Below, one piece after another: positions 28,641 to 37,847 of a stretch of 53,915 bases of DNA. How positions within the stretch are numbered: the stretch's first letter is position 1; each line of letters opens with the position of its first letter. Source of the DNA: Blautia sp. GTDB lineage: Bacteria; Bacillota; Clostridia; Lachnospirales; Lachnospiraceae. Under the pieces are notes generated by a model, which did no database searches, was not told the DNA's origin, and was given only the letters and a program-made list of their open reading frames with translations. The position numbers and the translations under genes are program-made. The DNA lies in contig JAXEUE010000091.1 in NCBI GenBank assembly GCA_034115005.1, positions 1 to 53,915 on the forward strand, read 5' to 3'.

Positions 28641-29134
28641 ACTCTGTTTTCCTCCAATTCCTTCTCTTCCAAAAGCAGGCATACCGCCTGGGCGGCAATC
28701 CCCTCTTCCCGTCCGGTGAAGCCAAGCTTTTCTTCTGTTGTCGCTTTTATATTTAATCTGGATTCCTGAATATTCATAACCTGTGCCATTGTGGATATCA
28801 TCCGGGGAATATATGGTGCTATTTTGGGTTTCTGAGCAATGATCACAGCATCGATATTTCCAATTTCATAGTGGTGTTCCCTTAGAAGCGAAACAACATG
28901 CTGAAGAAGCAAAAGACTGGAAATACCGGAATAAGCAGGATCCGTGTCAGGAAAATGCTGACCGATATCTCCCAGGGCTGCCGCACCCAGAAGCGCATCC
29001 ATCACCGCATGAATCAGTACATCTGCATCAGAATGACCCAGAAGTCCTTTTTTCCAGTCAATCTTAACTCCTCCAAGGATCAGATCTCTTCCCTCTGTCA
29101 ATCTGTGAACGTCATATCCTATTCCTACACGCAT
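28637..29134 (-). CDS. ispF: 2-C-methyl-D-erythritol 2,4-cyclodiphosphate synthase
   Basis: [39 protein letters not shown]. Confidence 0.97.
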   Translation of the reverse strand: MRVGIGYDVHRLTEGRDLILGGVKIDWKKGLLGHSDADVLIHAVMDALLGAAALGDIGQHFPDTDPAYSGISSLLLLQHVVSLLREHHYEIGNIDAVIIAQKPKIAPYIPRMISTMAQVMNIQESRLNIKATTEEKLGFTGREEGIAAQAVCLLLEEKELEENRV

Positions 29135-29135
29135 A

Positions 29136-30410
29136 CTATTCTCCTCTGATTTCCAGTAATTTACTTAATCGTAACAGACTGAGTCTCCTTCTTGTATAAG
29201 GTGCAAGTTTCAGGCTCAAAGGAATAGAATCCTCATCAAGGCCCAAATCTCCCGGGTCTGCAGCGCAGCCTGCTTTTTTCAGCATATATCTCAGATCCTC
29301 TTCCTCTGGCAGGGCCTGTATGATCTCCCCGATTTCCTTCAGACAGTATTGGAGACGGGAAAGATCAATATTCAGAAGAAGTTCCGGTTCATTTTCCTCC
29401 CGTATTTCTTTAAGGAGTCCTTTCTTTCCAAATGTTTCTTCCAGAATCTGCTGATCTTCATTGCTATATGGTTTTACCTGACAGCGTCCCTTTAAAATAG
29501 CACGTCCGATCCGCTTGTATTCTTTCAGCACCATCAGAGCTCCCACGGAAACTCTCTCCCCGTGCAAGGCATTCAGATGATCATTAATCACTTCCATTTC
29601 CCACAGATGAGACATATGATGTTCCGCACAGGATGCAGGCCTGGAATTTCCCACCATTTCCGTAGCCAGTCCGGAAAGGATCAGTGCATACATAAGCTGC
29701 TCGCAGTCATCTTTTTCCCCTGATGCGATACCACGAAGGGAAGACCTTACTATTTTCAATGCTTTCTCTTCTACCTTCACAGTTTCCCTGCAAAAATACT
29801 CTCCAGTAACAAGATTGGATATTTTCCAGTCTGCCAGGCAGATATATTTCCCAAGCACTTCTGAAACCCCGGCGGAAGTCAGTCTTGCCGGTGCATTGGC
29901 AAAAATATCCGTATCTGCATAAATGCACAAAGGAGAAACAGCGGTTACCGTCTTTTTTACCCCTTTACAGGACATAGCTGCAACTGAAGATGCATAGCCA
30001 TCCCCACTGGCTGCTGTTGGTACGGAAATAAAGGGGATCTTGTTACGATGAGCTATGAAACGGCTGATATCATGGATTGTGCCTGCCCCTACGGCAAGAA
30101 TCAGATCAATGTCTTCCTCCATATTATTTTCCACGATTCGTATGGCCTGATGATCAGCCTGAAGATTCTCTGCATCAAGTACCAGAACCTGGCACCTGTC
30201 ATATATGTCTTCCATAATTTCTTCTGTTGCTTCATAGGTGTTGGTATCGCAGATAACAAGAGGTGAAATATACTCTTTCAGCATTCCCTCTGACATTTCC
30301 TCTTCCAGCTTCTTTATGGCACCTGCTTCTATCACAATCTCCTTTACTGCTATTTTATGTTCTTTCCCGCAGCTGCAAGATCGGGCAAGATCGTCCGCAT
30401 CTACTCGCAT
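29136..30410 (-). CDS. sn-glycerol-1-phosphate dehydrogenase (AraM/EgsA family)
   Basis: N-terminal [49 protein letters not shown]. Confidence 0.82.
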   Translation of the reverse strand: MRVDADDLARSCSCGKEHKIAVKEIVIEAGAIKKLEEEMSEGMLKEYISPLVICDTNTYEATEEIMEDIYDRCQVLVLDAENLQADHQAIRIVENNMEEDIDLILAVGAGTIHDISRFIAHRNKIPFISVPTAASGDGYASSVAAMSCKGVKKTVTAVSPLCIYADTDIFANAPARLTSAGVSEVLGKYICLADWKISNLVTGEYFCRETVKVEEKALKIVRSSLRGIASGEKDDCEQLMYALILSGLATEMVGNSRPASCAEHHMSHLWEMEVINDHLNALHGERVSVGALMVLKEYKRIGRAILKGRCQVKPYSNEDQQILEETFGKKGLLKEIREENEPELLLNIDLSRLQYCLKEIGEIIQALPEEEDLRYMLKKAGCAADPGDLGLDEDSIPLSLKLAPYTRRRLSLLRLSKLLEIRGE

Positions 30411-30522
30411 TTATTTTATTCCTCCTGACTCCTCTAAACATATTGATTCTAATTATATCTTTGGTATTATACCGTATTTTATTTTAAAAATCAATGATTC
30501 CTGATGACCTGTCAAAATAATT

Positions 30523-30554
30523 CAGGCCTTCCGGATATATCGCCGGAAGGCCTG
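30523..30554 (-). terminator. Hairpin or terminator after ridA
   Basis: CAGGCCTTCCGG-8nt-CCGGAAGGCCTG perfect 12-bp stem. Confidence 0.65.
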
Positions 30555-30573
30555 TCAGCATTTCTGTAATCTG

Positions 30574-30951
30574 TTATTTACCAATTTCTGCGATCAGCTC
30601 AACCTCACACAGAACATTCTTGGGAAGTGTCTTAACTGCTACACATGAACGTGCTGGTTTGTTTACAAAATATTTCCCGTACACCTCATTAAATGGGGCG
30701 AAATCACCCATATCCGAAAGAAAACATGTGGTTTTTACTACATTTTCAAAGCCTGTACCTGCTTCCTCCAATAAAGCGCCCAGATTCTTCATTACCTGTT
30801 CTGCCTGAGCTTCAATGGTTGTTCCGGCAATTTCTCCTGTTGCAGGATCAATTGGAATCTGTCCGGATGTAAATAAAACATCATTAAGGATCATTCCCTG
30901 AGAATATGGTCCGATTGCTGCCGGTGCATTATCTGTATGTATGACTTTCAT
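30574..30951 (-). CDS. ridA: RidA family enamine/imine deaminase
   Basis: APAAIGPYSQ, SGQIP, VVKTT.FL, N.VY, PARSCVAV..LP, E.E. Confidence 0.92.
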   Translation of the reverse strand: MKVIHTDNAPAAIGPYSQGMILNDVLFTSGQIPIDPATGEIAGTTIEAQAEQVMKNLGALLEEAGTGFENVVKTTCFLSDMGDFAPFNEVYGKYFVNKPARSCVAVKTLPKNVLCEVELIAEIGK

Positions 30952-31034
30952 AATCTGCTGCTCCTTTCACCTTTATATTATATCAATTATTTTAACTCAA
31001 AAAAATATTAAGGTCAAGAAAATATTTTTGTATA

Positions 31035-32486
31035 TCAGAGATTCAGATACTGGTAAACAATACGTGAAATATCTCGTATATTCTGTACTGCCGTATCCTC
31101 ACTGGAAATCTTTTCAGACATTATACAGATAATATAGTCTGTCTGTTCTCCATATACAATAGCAATATCATGCTGCTGGTCATCAGTCTCTCCTGTTTTA
31201 TTAGCCGATCTGATTCCCTCTGGCAGACCCTCGGGAATTTTCCAGATTACTTCCTGCTTTTTCAGAAGATCCAACATGAATTCTGATGCCTCCCTGCTTA
31301 CACATTCTCCTTTATAAATTTTTTCAAGAAGACTTCCGCAGTCCTCTGCAGAAGTCATATTTCTTCCTCCAATACTTTCCTTCTGGGAAGAAGAAGGATG
31401 AAGCGTATGCTGTACCGTGGTTTTGTCATATTCCTCTTCTTTAATGTACTCGTTCAGTTTTTCTGCGCCTTTCTTAAAATCATAAGAGTCCGTCTGCAGT
31501 CTCACCAGCTCATTAAATGACTCATTATCACTGACTGTGATCATATTGCATAGAAGTTTATCCACTTTAGCTGAAACTGCTTCCGGGTCAGTAATGTTGA
31601 ATTTCTTTCCTGCATTCTGTTTTACCTGTTCCAGATTCGCATAAGTTCCTGCCATAGCAAATACTTTAATCAGGCTGGCAGAATAAAGGGAACGGTTATT
31701 AATTGTTATTTTTTCATTTCTGTCAAGATCCTTTATGTAAACACTCCAGATCCCATCATATCCAGATATCAGCTCATCCAGCCGTATCTTCAGGTCATTA
31801 ATCCCCATCTCCCGGTAATTCATCACTTTTCCTGTTGCATCTGTCAGATACCCTTGGGGAGTGACCATTCTATCCTGTACCAGCATGCCCATATCTCCGC
31901 CAAAAAAATATATTCCGTCAAATTTCTGCATATGGCAGTCCATTTCTACTTTATACACTCCAGGATCTGTATTCATTCTTCCGTTTTCATCGAAATAATA
32001 GAAACCGTTCAAGGTAATTTTATCCAGGGTCAGATTGTCTATATAACGAACCTGAGGCGCTGCAGAAAGCCTTCCAAGATTATTAACAAAATAATATCCG
32101 TCAAAATGCTCGTTGTCTTCCTGCTTCTTACCTCCATAGACCGGAATATTTTTCAATTTTTCCAGATGAGAAGTACAGGCCTTAAATTTTCCACTTTCAT
32201 CATGATAATAGTATCCGTCAAAAATAGTTCCATCAATTTCAAAATGATCAAAATAATGAATCTCTGGTCCCAAACTTCGGCTTCCGTTTACATCAAGGCA
32301 ATAATATCCAGCGCTTTTCAGAAGATATTTCCCACTTCCGTCATTCATTGGCAGGATCTGTGCCTCCTCCTTTACAGTAGACATGCTTTCCCCTGATGCA
32401 GCAAAAACATTTGTGGAAAAAAGCAAAGCCACACAGAAAATTCCTGCACATACACATCCTGCCAGAAAAATATTCTTTATCTTCAT
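31035..32486 (-). CDS. Secreted serine hydrolase (class A beta-lactamase/PBP fold) with N-terminal aromatic repeats
   Basis: Signal peptide from 32486 (AGGAG RBS); SxxK (SLIK), SDN and KTG motifs; repeats DGYYYHDESG / DGYYFVNNLG / NGFYYFDENG / DGIYFFGGD. Confidence 0.8.
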   Translation of the reverse strand: MKIKNIFLAGCVCAGIFCVALLFSTNVFAASGESMSTVKEEAQILPMNDGSGKYLLKSAGYYCLDVNGSRSLGPEIHYFDHFEIDGTIFDGYYYHDESGKFKACTSHLEKLKNIPVYGGKKQEDNEHFDGYYFVNNLGRLSAAPQVRYIDNLTLDKITLNGFYYFDENGRMNTDPGVYKVEMDCHMQKFDGIYFFGGDMGMLVQDRMVTPQGYLTDATGKVMNYREMGINDLKIRLDELISGYDGIWSVYIKDLDRNEKITINNRSLYSASLIKVFAMAGTYANLEQVKQNAGKKFNITDPEAVSAKVDKLLCNMITVSDNESFNELVRLQTDSYDFKKGAEKLNEYIKEEEYDKTTVQHTLHPSSSQKESIGGRNMTSAEDCGSLLEKIYKGECVSREASEFMLDLLKKQEVIWKIPEGLPEGIRSANKTGETDDQQHDIAIVYGEQTDYIICIMSEKISSEDTAVQNIRDISRIVYQYLNL

Positions 32487-32523
32487 CTGTCTCTCCTTTT
32501 TAGATGAATGACAATCCCTTTCT

Positions 32524-34878
32524 TTATTTTCCGTTTTTATCCTTCCAGAACTGTTCCAAAAGTCCTTCCACCGTATCCAGCCTGCATGGCAGCCGGTCTT
32601 CCCATTCCACAGGAAATAATTTACCATATTCAGGTGTACTGAATCTTTCATCCAGAAGCAGAATCACTCCTACATCTTCCTGAGTACGGATCACTCTTCC
32701 TGCAGCCTGAAGCACTTTATTCATACCAGGATACCGATAGGCATAATCGAATCCTTTTTCTCCCTTTTTGTCGTAATATTCCTTCAATATCTCCCGTTCT
32801 GTTCCGATCTGGGGAATTCCCGTTCCAACAATGATAGTTCCGATGAGCCTGTCCCCCATCAGATCTATCCCCTCAGAAAAAACGCCTCCCAGGACACAGA
32901 ATCCTACAAGAGTCTGTTGATTCTCCCGGAACTCTTCCAGAAATTCTTCCCTTTCTTTTTCTCTCATACCCGGTGTCTGAAAAATACATCTCACCCAGTC
33001 TGCAGAAAATTCAGCCTCATAAACCCTGCGAACCTCTTCCATAAAGTTATAGGAAGGGAAAAACACCATATAGTTGCCTTTTCTCTGCCAGACAGTACGG
33101 GCAATGTATGATGCGATTTTTTTGTATTCCTCGTAATTTCGCCGTGTGTATCTGCTGCTAACATCATATCCTGTAAGAATGCGCCTTTTCTCCTGGGAAA
33201 AGGGAGATCTGACGTAAACTCCATAATCATCACTGCGAGTGCTGAGAAGCCTTCTGTAATAATCCATAGGAAGCAAAGTAGCTGAAAAAAATACGGCACT
33301 CATGCCTTTCTCCAGACATTTCTGCAGATTTACCGCAGGATTCACACAGAAAAGTTTCAGTCTGAATTTCCCATCTTCTCCATTTTCCGTGTATACCACA
33401 TAATTCTCATCTACCAATTCACAAATATAAAGGAAATTTCTTACACAAAAATAAAAATCAAGAAGCTCCTCTTCCATTTCCTGGTTGGGAAAATTCTCCA
33501 TAAATTTATCCATTTCTCCCATAACCTGAAGCAGACTTAAGGATACGGGGCCTGTATTTTTCAAGATTTCATAATGATCACAGCTTTTTTTCATTTCCAG
33601 AAGCTGTCTGCTCACTTTGTCCAAAGCTTTTCCAAGGCTCTTACTTTGAGCCTTTACCTTCCGCCTGGTTTCCATAACATCTTCCCTGCAGATACATGCA
33701 CTGTACATTTCCCGTCCTCTGTCCACCAGGTTGTGAGCCTCATCAATAAGAAAAATATAATTTCCGGACACTCCGTCCCCGAAAAACCTCTTCAGACATA
33801 CATCCGGATCAAACACATAATTATAATCGCATATAATCCCATCTGCCCATACTGCCAGATCCAGACACATTTCAAAAGGGCATACCTGCCATTTACGTGC
33901 ATGTTCAGTCAGAATCTCTCTGTCATACTTATCAAAGGATGTCCAAAGCTCATAGACTGCATCATTGATTCTGTCATAATGTCCCAGTGCATAAGGACAA
34001 TTACCAGGGTTGCACAGTGTTTCTTCGCAAAGGCACAATTTCTCTTTTGCAGTGATTGTAATGGTTTTGAATTTCAGACCATTTTCCCTTAGAATATCAA
34101 AAGCTTCTTCTGCAACCGTTCTTGTAATAGTCTTGGCTGTAAGATAAAATACTGTATCTCCTTTTCCCTCTCCCACAGCACGGACTGCCGGAAAGATTGC
34201 TGACATGGTTTTTCCTACTCCGGTAGGTGCCTGAATAAAGATCTGCTTGCCGGTACTGATAGAATGATAGATACCGGTTACCATCTGTCTCTGACCTGCT
34301 CTGTAAGGAAAAGGAAATTCCAGTCCATTCATGGATAAATTACGTTCTCTTCTCCAGGCCAGCTGAAAGGATATCCATTTATGATAGGATTCAAGGAGAT
34401 CATCATACCACACGGCAAGCTCTTCCATAGAGAACTGTTCCCGGAATCTTCGGATCTGCTCCGTGTCCAGACTGATATATGTCATCTGCACTCCAACAGA
34501 CGAAAGCTTCTCACTTTCGCCGTAAATTCTTGCATAACACATAGCCTGGGCTCTGTGAACTGCTACAGGTTTCTCCAGATGACCTGGATCTGCATAAATA
34601 CCCTTGATCTCATCTATAAAGACATGAGAATCTTCATTAAAAATACCATCCGCGCGGCCTTCCACCACAATAACCACATCTTCATATTCACTGATTCTTT
34701 TCAGTGAAACCTCCGCCCTGTAATGGCTGCCCATCTGCCCCTGGATCTTTCTGTGAAGCCTGCTTCCTTTCTGCATAGCCTCTTTATCAGGCATTCCTCT
34801 TCGGTTATCCAGATCCCCGCTTCTCAAAATAAATTCCACAAGATTTCTGACAGAAATCCGAACCAACGGCTTATCCAT
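32524..34878 (-). CDS. DinG/Rad3-family Fe-S helicase with N-terminal PD-(D/E)XK nuclease domain
   Basis: EGRADG...IDEIKG and AQAMCY (nuclease); QAPTGVGKT, Cys cluster C..C....CP...CPFE, DEAHNL, SATL, SEGID, QAAGRVIR (helicase). Confidence 0.88.
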   Translation of the reverse strand: MDKPLVRISVRNLVEFILRSGDLDNRRGMPDKEAMQKGSRLHRKIQGQMGSHYRAEVSLKRISEYEDVVIVVEGRADGIFNEDSHVFIDEIKGIYADPGHLEKPVAVHRAQAMCYARIYGESEKLSSVGVQMTYISLDTEQIRRFREQFSMEELAVWYDDLLESYHKWISFQLAWRRERNLSMNGLEFPFPYRAGQRQMVTGIYHSISTGKQIFIQAPTGVGKTMSAIFPAVRAVGEGKGDTVFYLTAKTITRTVAEEAFDILRENGLKFKTITITAKEKLCLCEETLCNPGNCPYALGHYDRINDAVYELWTSFDKYDREILTEHARKWQVCPFEMCLDLAVWADGIICDYNYVFDPDVCLKRFFGDGVSGNYIFLIDEAHNLVDRGREMYSACICREDVMETRRKVKAQSKSLGKALDKVSRQLLEMKKSCDHYEILKNTGPVSLSLLQVMGEMDKFMENFPNQEMEEELLDFYFCVRNFLYICELVDENYVVYTENGEDGKFRLKLFCVNPAVNLQKCLEKGMSAVFFSATLLPMDYYRRLLSTRSDDYGVYVRSPFSQEKRRILTGYDVSSRYTRRNYEEYKKIASYIARTVWQRKGNYMVFFPSYNFMEEVRRVYEAEFSADWVRCIFQTPGMREKEREEFLEEFRENQQTLVGFCVLGGVFSEGIDLMGDRLIGTIIVGTGIPQIGTEREILKEYYDKKGEKGFDYAYRYPGMNKVLQAAGRVIRTQEDVGVILLLDERFSTPEYGKLFPVEWEDRLPCRLDTVEGLLEQFWKDKNGK

Positions 34879-34881
34879 ATG

Positions 34882-36201
34882 TCAGATCTGAGTCAGCACA
34901 AATATATCATAAATTGCTCTTACCGCAGCTTCAAAATCTCTGTTTTCCACGCCAATGATAATATTTAACTCGCTGGATCCCTGATCGATCATTTTTACAT
35001 TAACATTGGCATGAGCCAGGGCAGAAAAGATTCTTCCCGCTGTACCACGGTTGGACTTCATTCCACGACCCACAACAGCGATCAACGCCAGATCCGATTC
35101 CATTTCCACAAAATCCGGCTGTACTGCACGGTGGATTCCTGCAATTACCTGCTGTTCCTTCTCCTCAAATTCAGACTGATGTACATAAACAGTCATAGTA
35201 TCGATTCCTGAAGGCATATGCTCAAAACTGATTCCCTGGTCTTCAAATACCTGAAGTACCTTACGGCCAAAACCTACTTCACTGTTCATCATAGATTTTT
35301 CAATATTGATGGAACAGAATCCCTTCTTTCCGGCAATACCTGTAATCGTAAATTTAGGTTTTTTACATGTACTTTCCACAATCAAAGTGCCTTTGTCTTC
35401 AGGTCTGTTGGTATTTCTGATATTAATGGGAATACCATCATTTCGTACCGGGAAAATAGCATCCTCATGGAGCACGGTTGCTCCCATGTAAGAAAGTTCT
35501 CTGAGCTCCCTGTAGGTGATCGTTTCAATTACTTCCGGATTATCCACAATCCTGGGATCTGTCACAAGAAAACCGGAAACATCTGTCCAGTTCTCATACA
35601 TGTCTGCCCGGATAGCCTTTGCCACAAGGGATCCTGTCACATCGGAACCGCCTCTTGAAAAAGTTCTGACCATTCCATCCTCACAGGCACCATAAAATCC
35701 AGGAATAACTGCATTCTCACACTTGGACAGTTTCTTTGAAAGAAGACGCTCAGTTTTTTCCGGATCAAGGTTTCCGTTTTTATCAAACCTTATCACGGAA
35801 GCCGCATCCACAAATTCATATCCAAGATAGGCGGACATAATCTTTCCATTAAGAAACTCTCCTCTGGATGCCGCATATTCCGTACCGGCCTGAGCTCTAA
35901 AATCTGCTTCGATCCGGGCAAACTCCTCTTCCAGAGACAGCTCCAGATTCAGACCACGAATGATTTCATAATATCTTTCCTTAATGGCTTTCATCTGGTC
36001 ACTGAAATTTTCTCCCCTGACAGCACATTGATAACAGGAATACAGCATATCCGTAACCTTTGTATCCCCGTCAAATCTCTTCCCAGGTGCAGAAGGCACC
36101 ACAAATCTTCTGCTCTTATCACTTCTGATTATTTCCCCTACTTTCCTGAACTGCTGGGCATTTGCCAGTGAACTTCCGCCAAATTTTACTACTTTCTTCA
36201 T
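34882..36201 (-). CDS. Aspartate kinase
   Basis: VVKFGGSSLA, SRGE, TFSRGGSD.TG, WTDV.G, ELSYMGATVLH; two C-terminal ACT domains. Confidence 0.93.
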   Translation of the reverse strand: MKKVVKFGGSSLANAQQFRKVGEIIRSDKSRRFVVPSAPGKRFDGDTKVTDMLYSCYQCAVRGENFSDQMKAIKERYYEIIRGLNLELSLEEEFARIEADFRAQAGTEYAASRGEFLNGKIMSAYLGYEFVDAASVIRFDKNGNLDPEKTERLLSKKLSKCENAVIPGFYGACEDGMVRTFSRGGSDVTGSLVAKAIRADMYENWTDVSGFLVTDPRIVDNPEVIETITYRELRELSYMGATVLHEDAIFPVRNDGIPINIRNTNRPEDKGTLIVESTCKKPKFTITGIAGKKGFCSINIEKSMMNSEVGFGRKVLQVFEDQGISFEHMPSGIDTMTVYVHQSEFEEKEQQVIAGIHRAVQPDFVEMESDLALIAVVGRGMKSNRGTAGRIFSALAHANVNVKMIDQGSSELNIIIGVENRDFEAAVRAIYDIFVLTQI

Positions 36202-36309
36202 TTCTTGCTCCTTTTATGTCCGTTGTAAAATCTGTTAAATATTTTATTTAAAAAAATCATAATTTGCAAGTATTTTTTCAAATTCTGTCACATCAAAAAC
36301 TTTCCATTT

Positions 36310-37824
36310 TCAATGTGTGTCTCCCTTTAACTTTGCCATCACAGACGGAAATCTCTCCATATGAGTATGAGGAATGGCACGTGCCGCCACCATCATCTGA
36401 AGAAAATCATCCACAGCGCCAAACTGAATATAAGTCATATGATCCAGAATTCCCTCTATATCATCCAGTGCTTTTTTGTCTGTCAGTGCTTTCTCTGCAC
36501 CAAGAAGAGAGGTATTTCCCGCATTAATGATCCTGTCTCTTTCCATATCGGGATACATACCAATGGTAATCGCTGATTCTTTGGATACATGTCTTCCAAA
36601 TGCTCCCGCCACATAGAATTTACCTATATCCTCCATGGTAACTCCTGTTTCTTTCATCATAATTTCAACCATGGTATATGCTGCTGATTTTGTTTTCAGA
36701 AATTCATCAATATCTTCCTGATAAAAATATAAGTCCGGAGCATACTCAACCGCCCATTCTTCTTCCATTTTCCTGATCTTTGGACTTTTTTCCGGAACAA
36801 ATTTACCCTGAATATTAATCCAGCCGTTAAGAAAAAGTTCAGCGATCATATCAATGATTCCGGATCCGCAGATTCCTCTTGGAGCACCTCCTCCAATCAC
36901 ACCAAGTTTAAACTCTCCATTTTCCAGTCTGACAGTTTCCACAGCACCATCTTCTGCCCGCATTCCTGTCTTTACCACTCCTCCTTCCAGGGCCGGACCT
37001 GCTGCCCCTGCTCCGCAAAGAAGAAATTCCTTATTTCCCATTACCAGTTCTCCGTTAGTTCCAATATCAAAAAATACACATATCTTATCCTGTTTATATA
37101 TTTCTGTTGCTACCATGCCGCTTATGATGTCTCCACCCAGATAATTGGATTTTGCCGGAAAAATATATACATACCCATTTACGGGTATGGACAGTTCACA
37201 CCCTTTTATATATCCTGGTCTGTCTGCCCTGACTGCATAAGGAGTATGAAATACACAGAACGGATCCATGCCAAGCAGGAAATGGATCATGGTTGTGTTT
37301 CCTGCGATCACTGCCTGAATGCAGGAATTTGCAGAAATTCCCGTCTTCTTCTCCAGGGTCTTGATAGTGTGACAGATGCTGTCAATTGTAGCCTGTCTCA
37401 CGGCTTCCAGTTCCTCAGGCTTATCTTTACAATGAAAGATTCTTGTAAGGATATCAGTTCCATAAGCAATCTGCCGGTTAAAGGTGCTGGCTTTTTCCAC
37501 ACATTCTCCTGTATTACAGTCCACAAGGCTTACCACCACTGTGGTACTGCCAAGATCTATGGCGAATCCATAATGCCTGTTACTGGTGTTTCCTTCTTCC
37601 AGAGCAGTTACCTCCCACATGTTCCCGTTCCAGGCAAGAGAAGCAGTAAACTTCCACCCTGAATGCTCACATACAGGATATAGCTGCCTCATTGCCTGAA
37701 AGGAAATCTTTCCTTCAATTCCCCGGATTTTTAATTCATCCAGAATTCTTACCTGATCTGAACGGCTGTCTTCTTCCGTAGGCTCTGACAGCTCCATGTA
37801 TATTTTCTTACTGATACCTTCCAT
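36310..37824 (-). CDS. ASKHA ATPase of the RACo/RamA (DUF4445) family, putative reductive activator of corrinoid proteins
   Basis: AIDLGSTT, NRQ..YG.D..TRI, GNTTM.H, FDIGTNGE, AAGPALEG, GICGSG, AGAFG, GNTSL.GA. ATG at 37824 has an AGGAG RBS; an alternative GTG lies at 37851. Confidence 0.85.
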   Translation of the reverse strand: MEGISKKIYMELSEPTEEDSRSDQVRILDELKIRGIEGKISFQAMRQLYPVCEHSGWKFTASLAWNGNMWEVTALEEGNTSNRHYGFAIDLGSTTVVVSLVDCNTGECVEKASTFNRQIAYGTDILTRIFHCKDKPEELEAVRQATIDSICHTIKTLEKKTGISANSCIQAVIAGNTTMIHFLLGMDPFCVFHTPYAVRADRPGYIKGCELSIPVNGYVYIFPAKSNYLGGDIISGMVATEIYKQDKICVFFDIGTNGELVMGNKEFLLCGAGAAGPALEGGVVKTGMRAEDGAVETVRLENGEFKLGVIGGGAPRGICGSGIIDMIAELFLNGWINIQGKFVPEKSPKIRKMEEEWAVEYAPDLYFYQEDIDEFLKTKSAAYTMVEIMMKETGVTMEDIGKFYVAGAFGRHVSKESAITIGMYPDMERDRIINAGNTSLLGAEKALTDKKALDDIEGILDHMTYIQFGAVDDFLQMMVAARAIPHTHMERFPSVMAKLKGDTH

Positions 37825-37847
37825 AAATTTCCTGCTCCTTTTGTTCT

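Noticed and set aside
36202-36309. Lysine riboswitch upstream of aspartokinase
   Set aside because: The intergenic region is about 108 bp and AT-rich, too short and unstructured.
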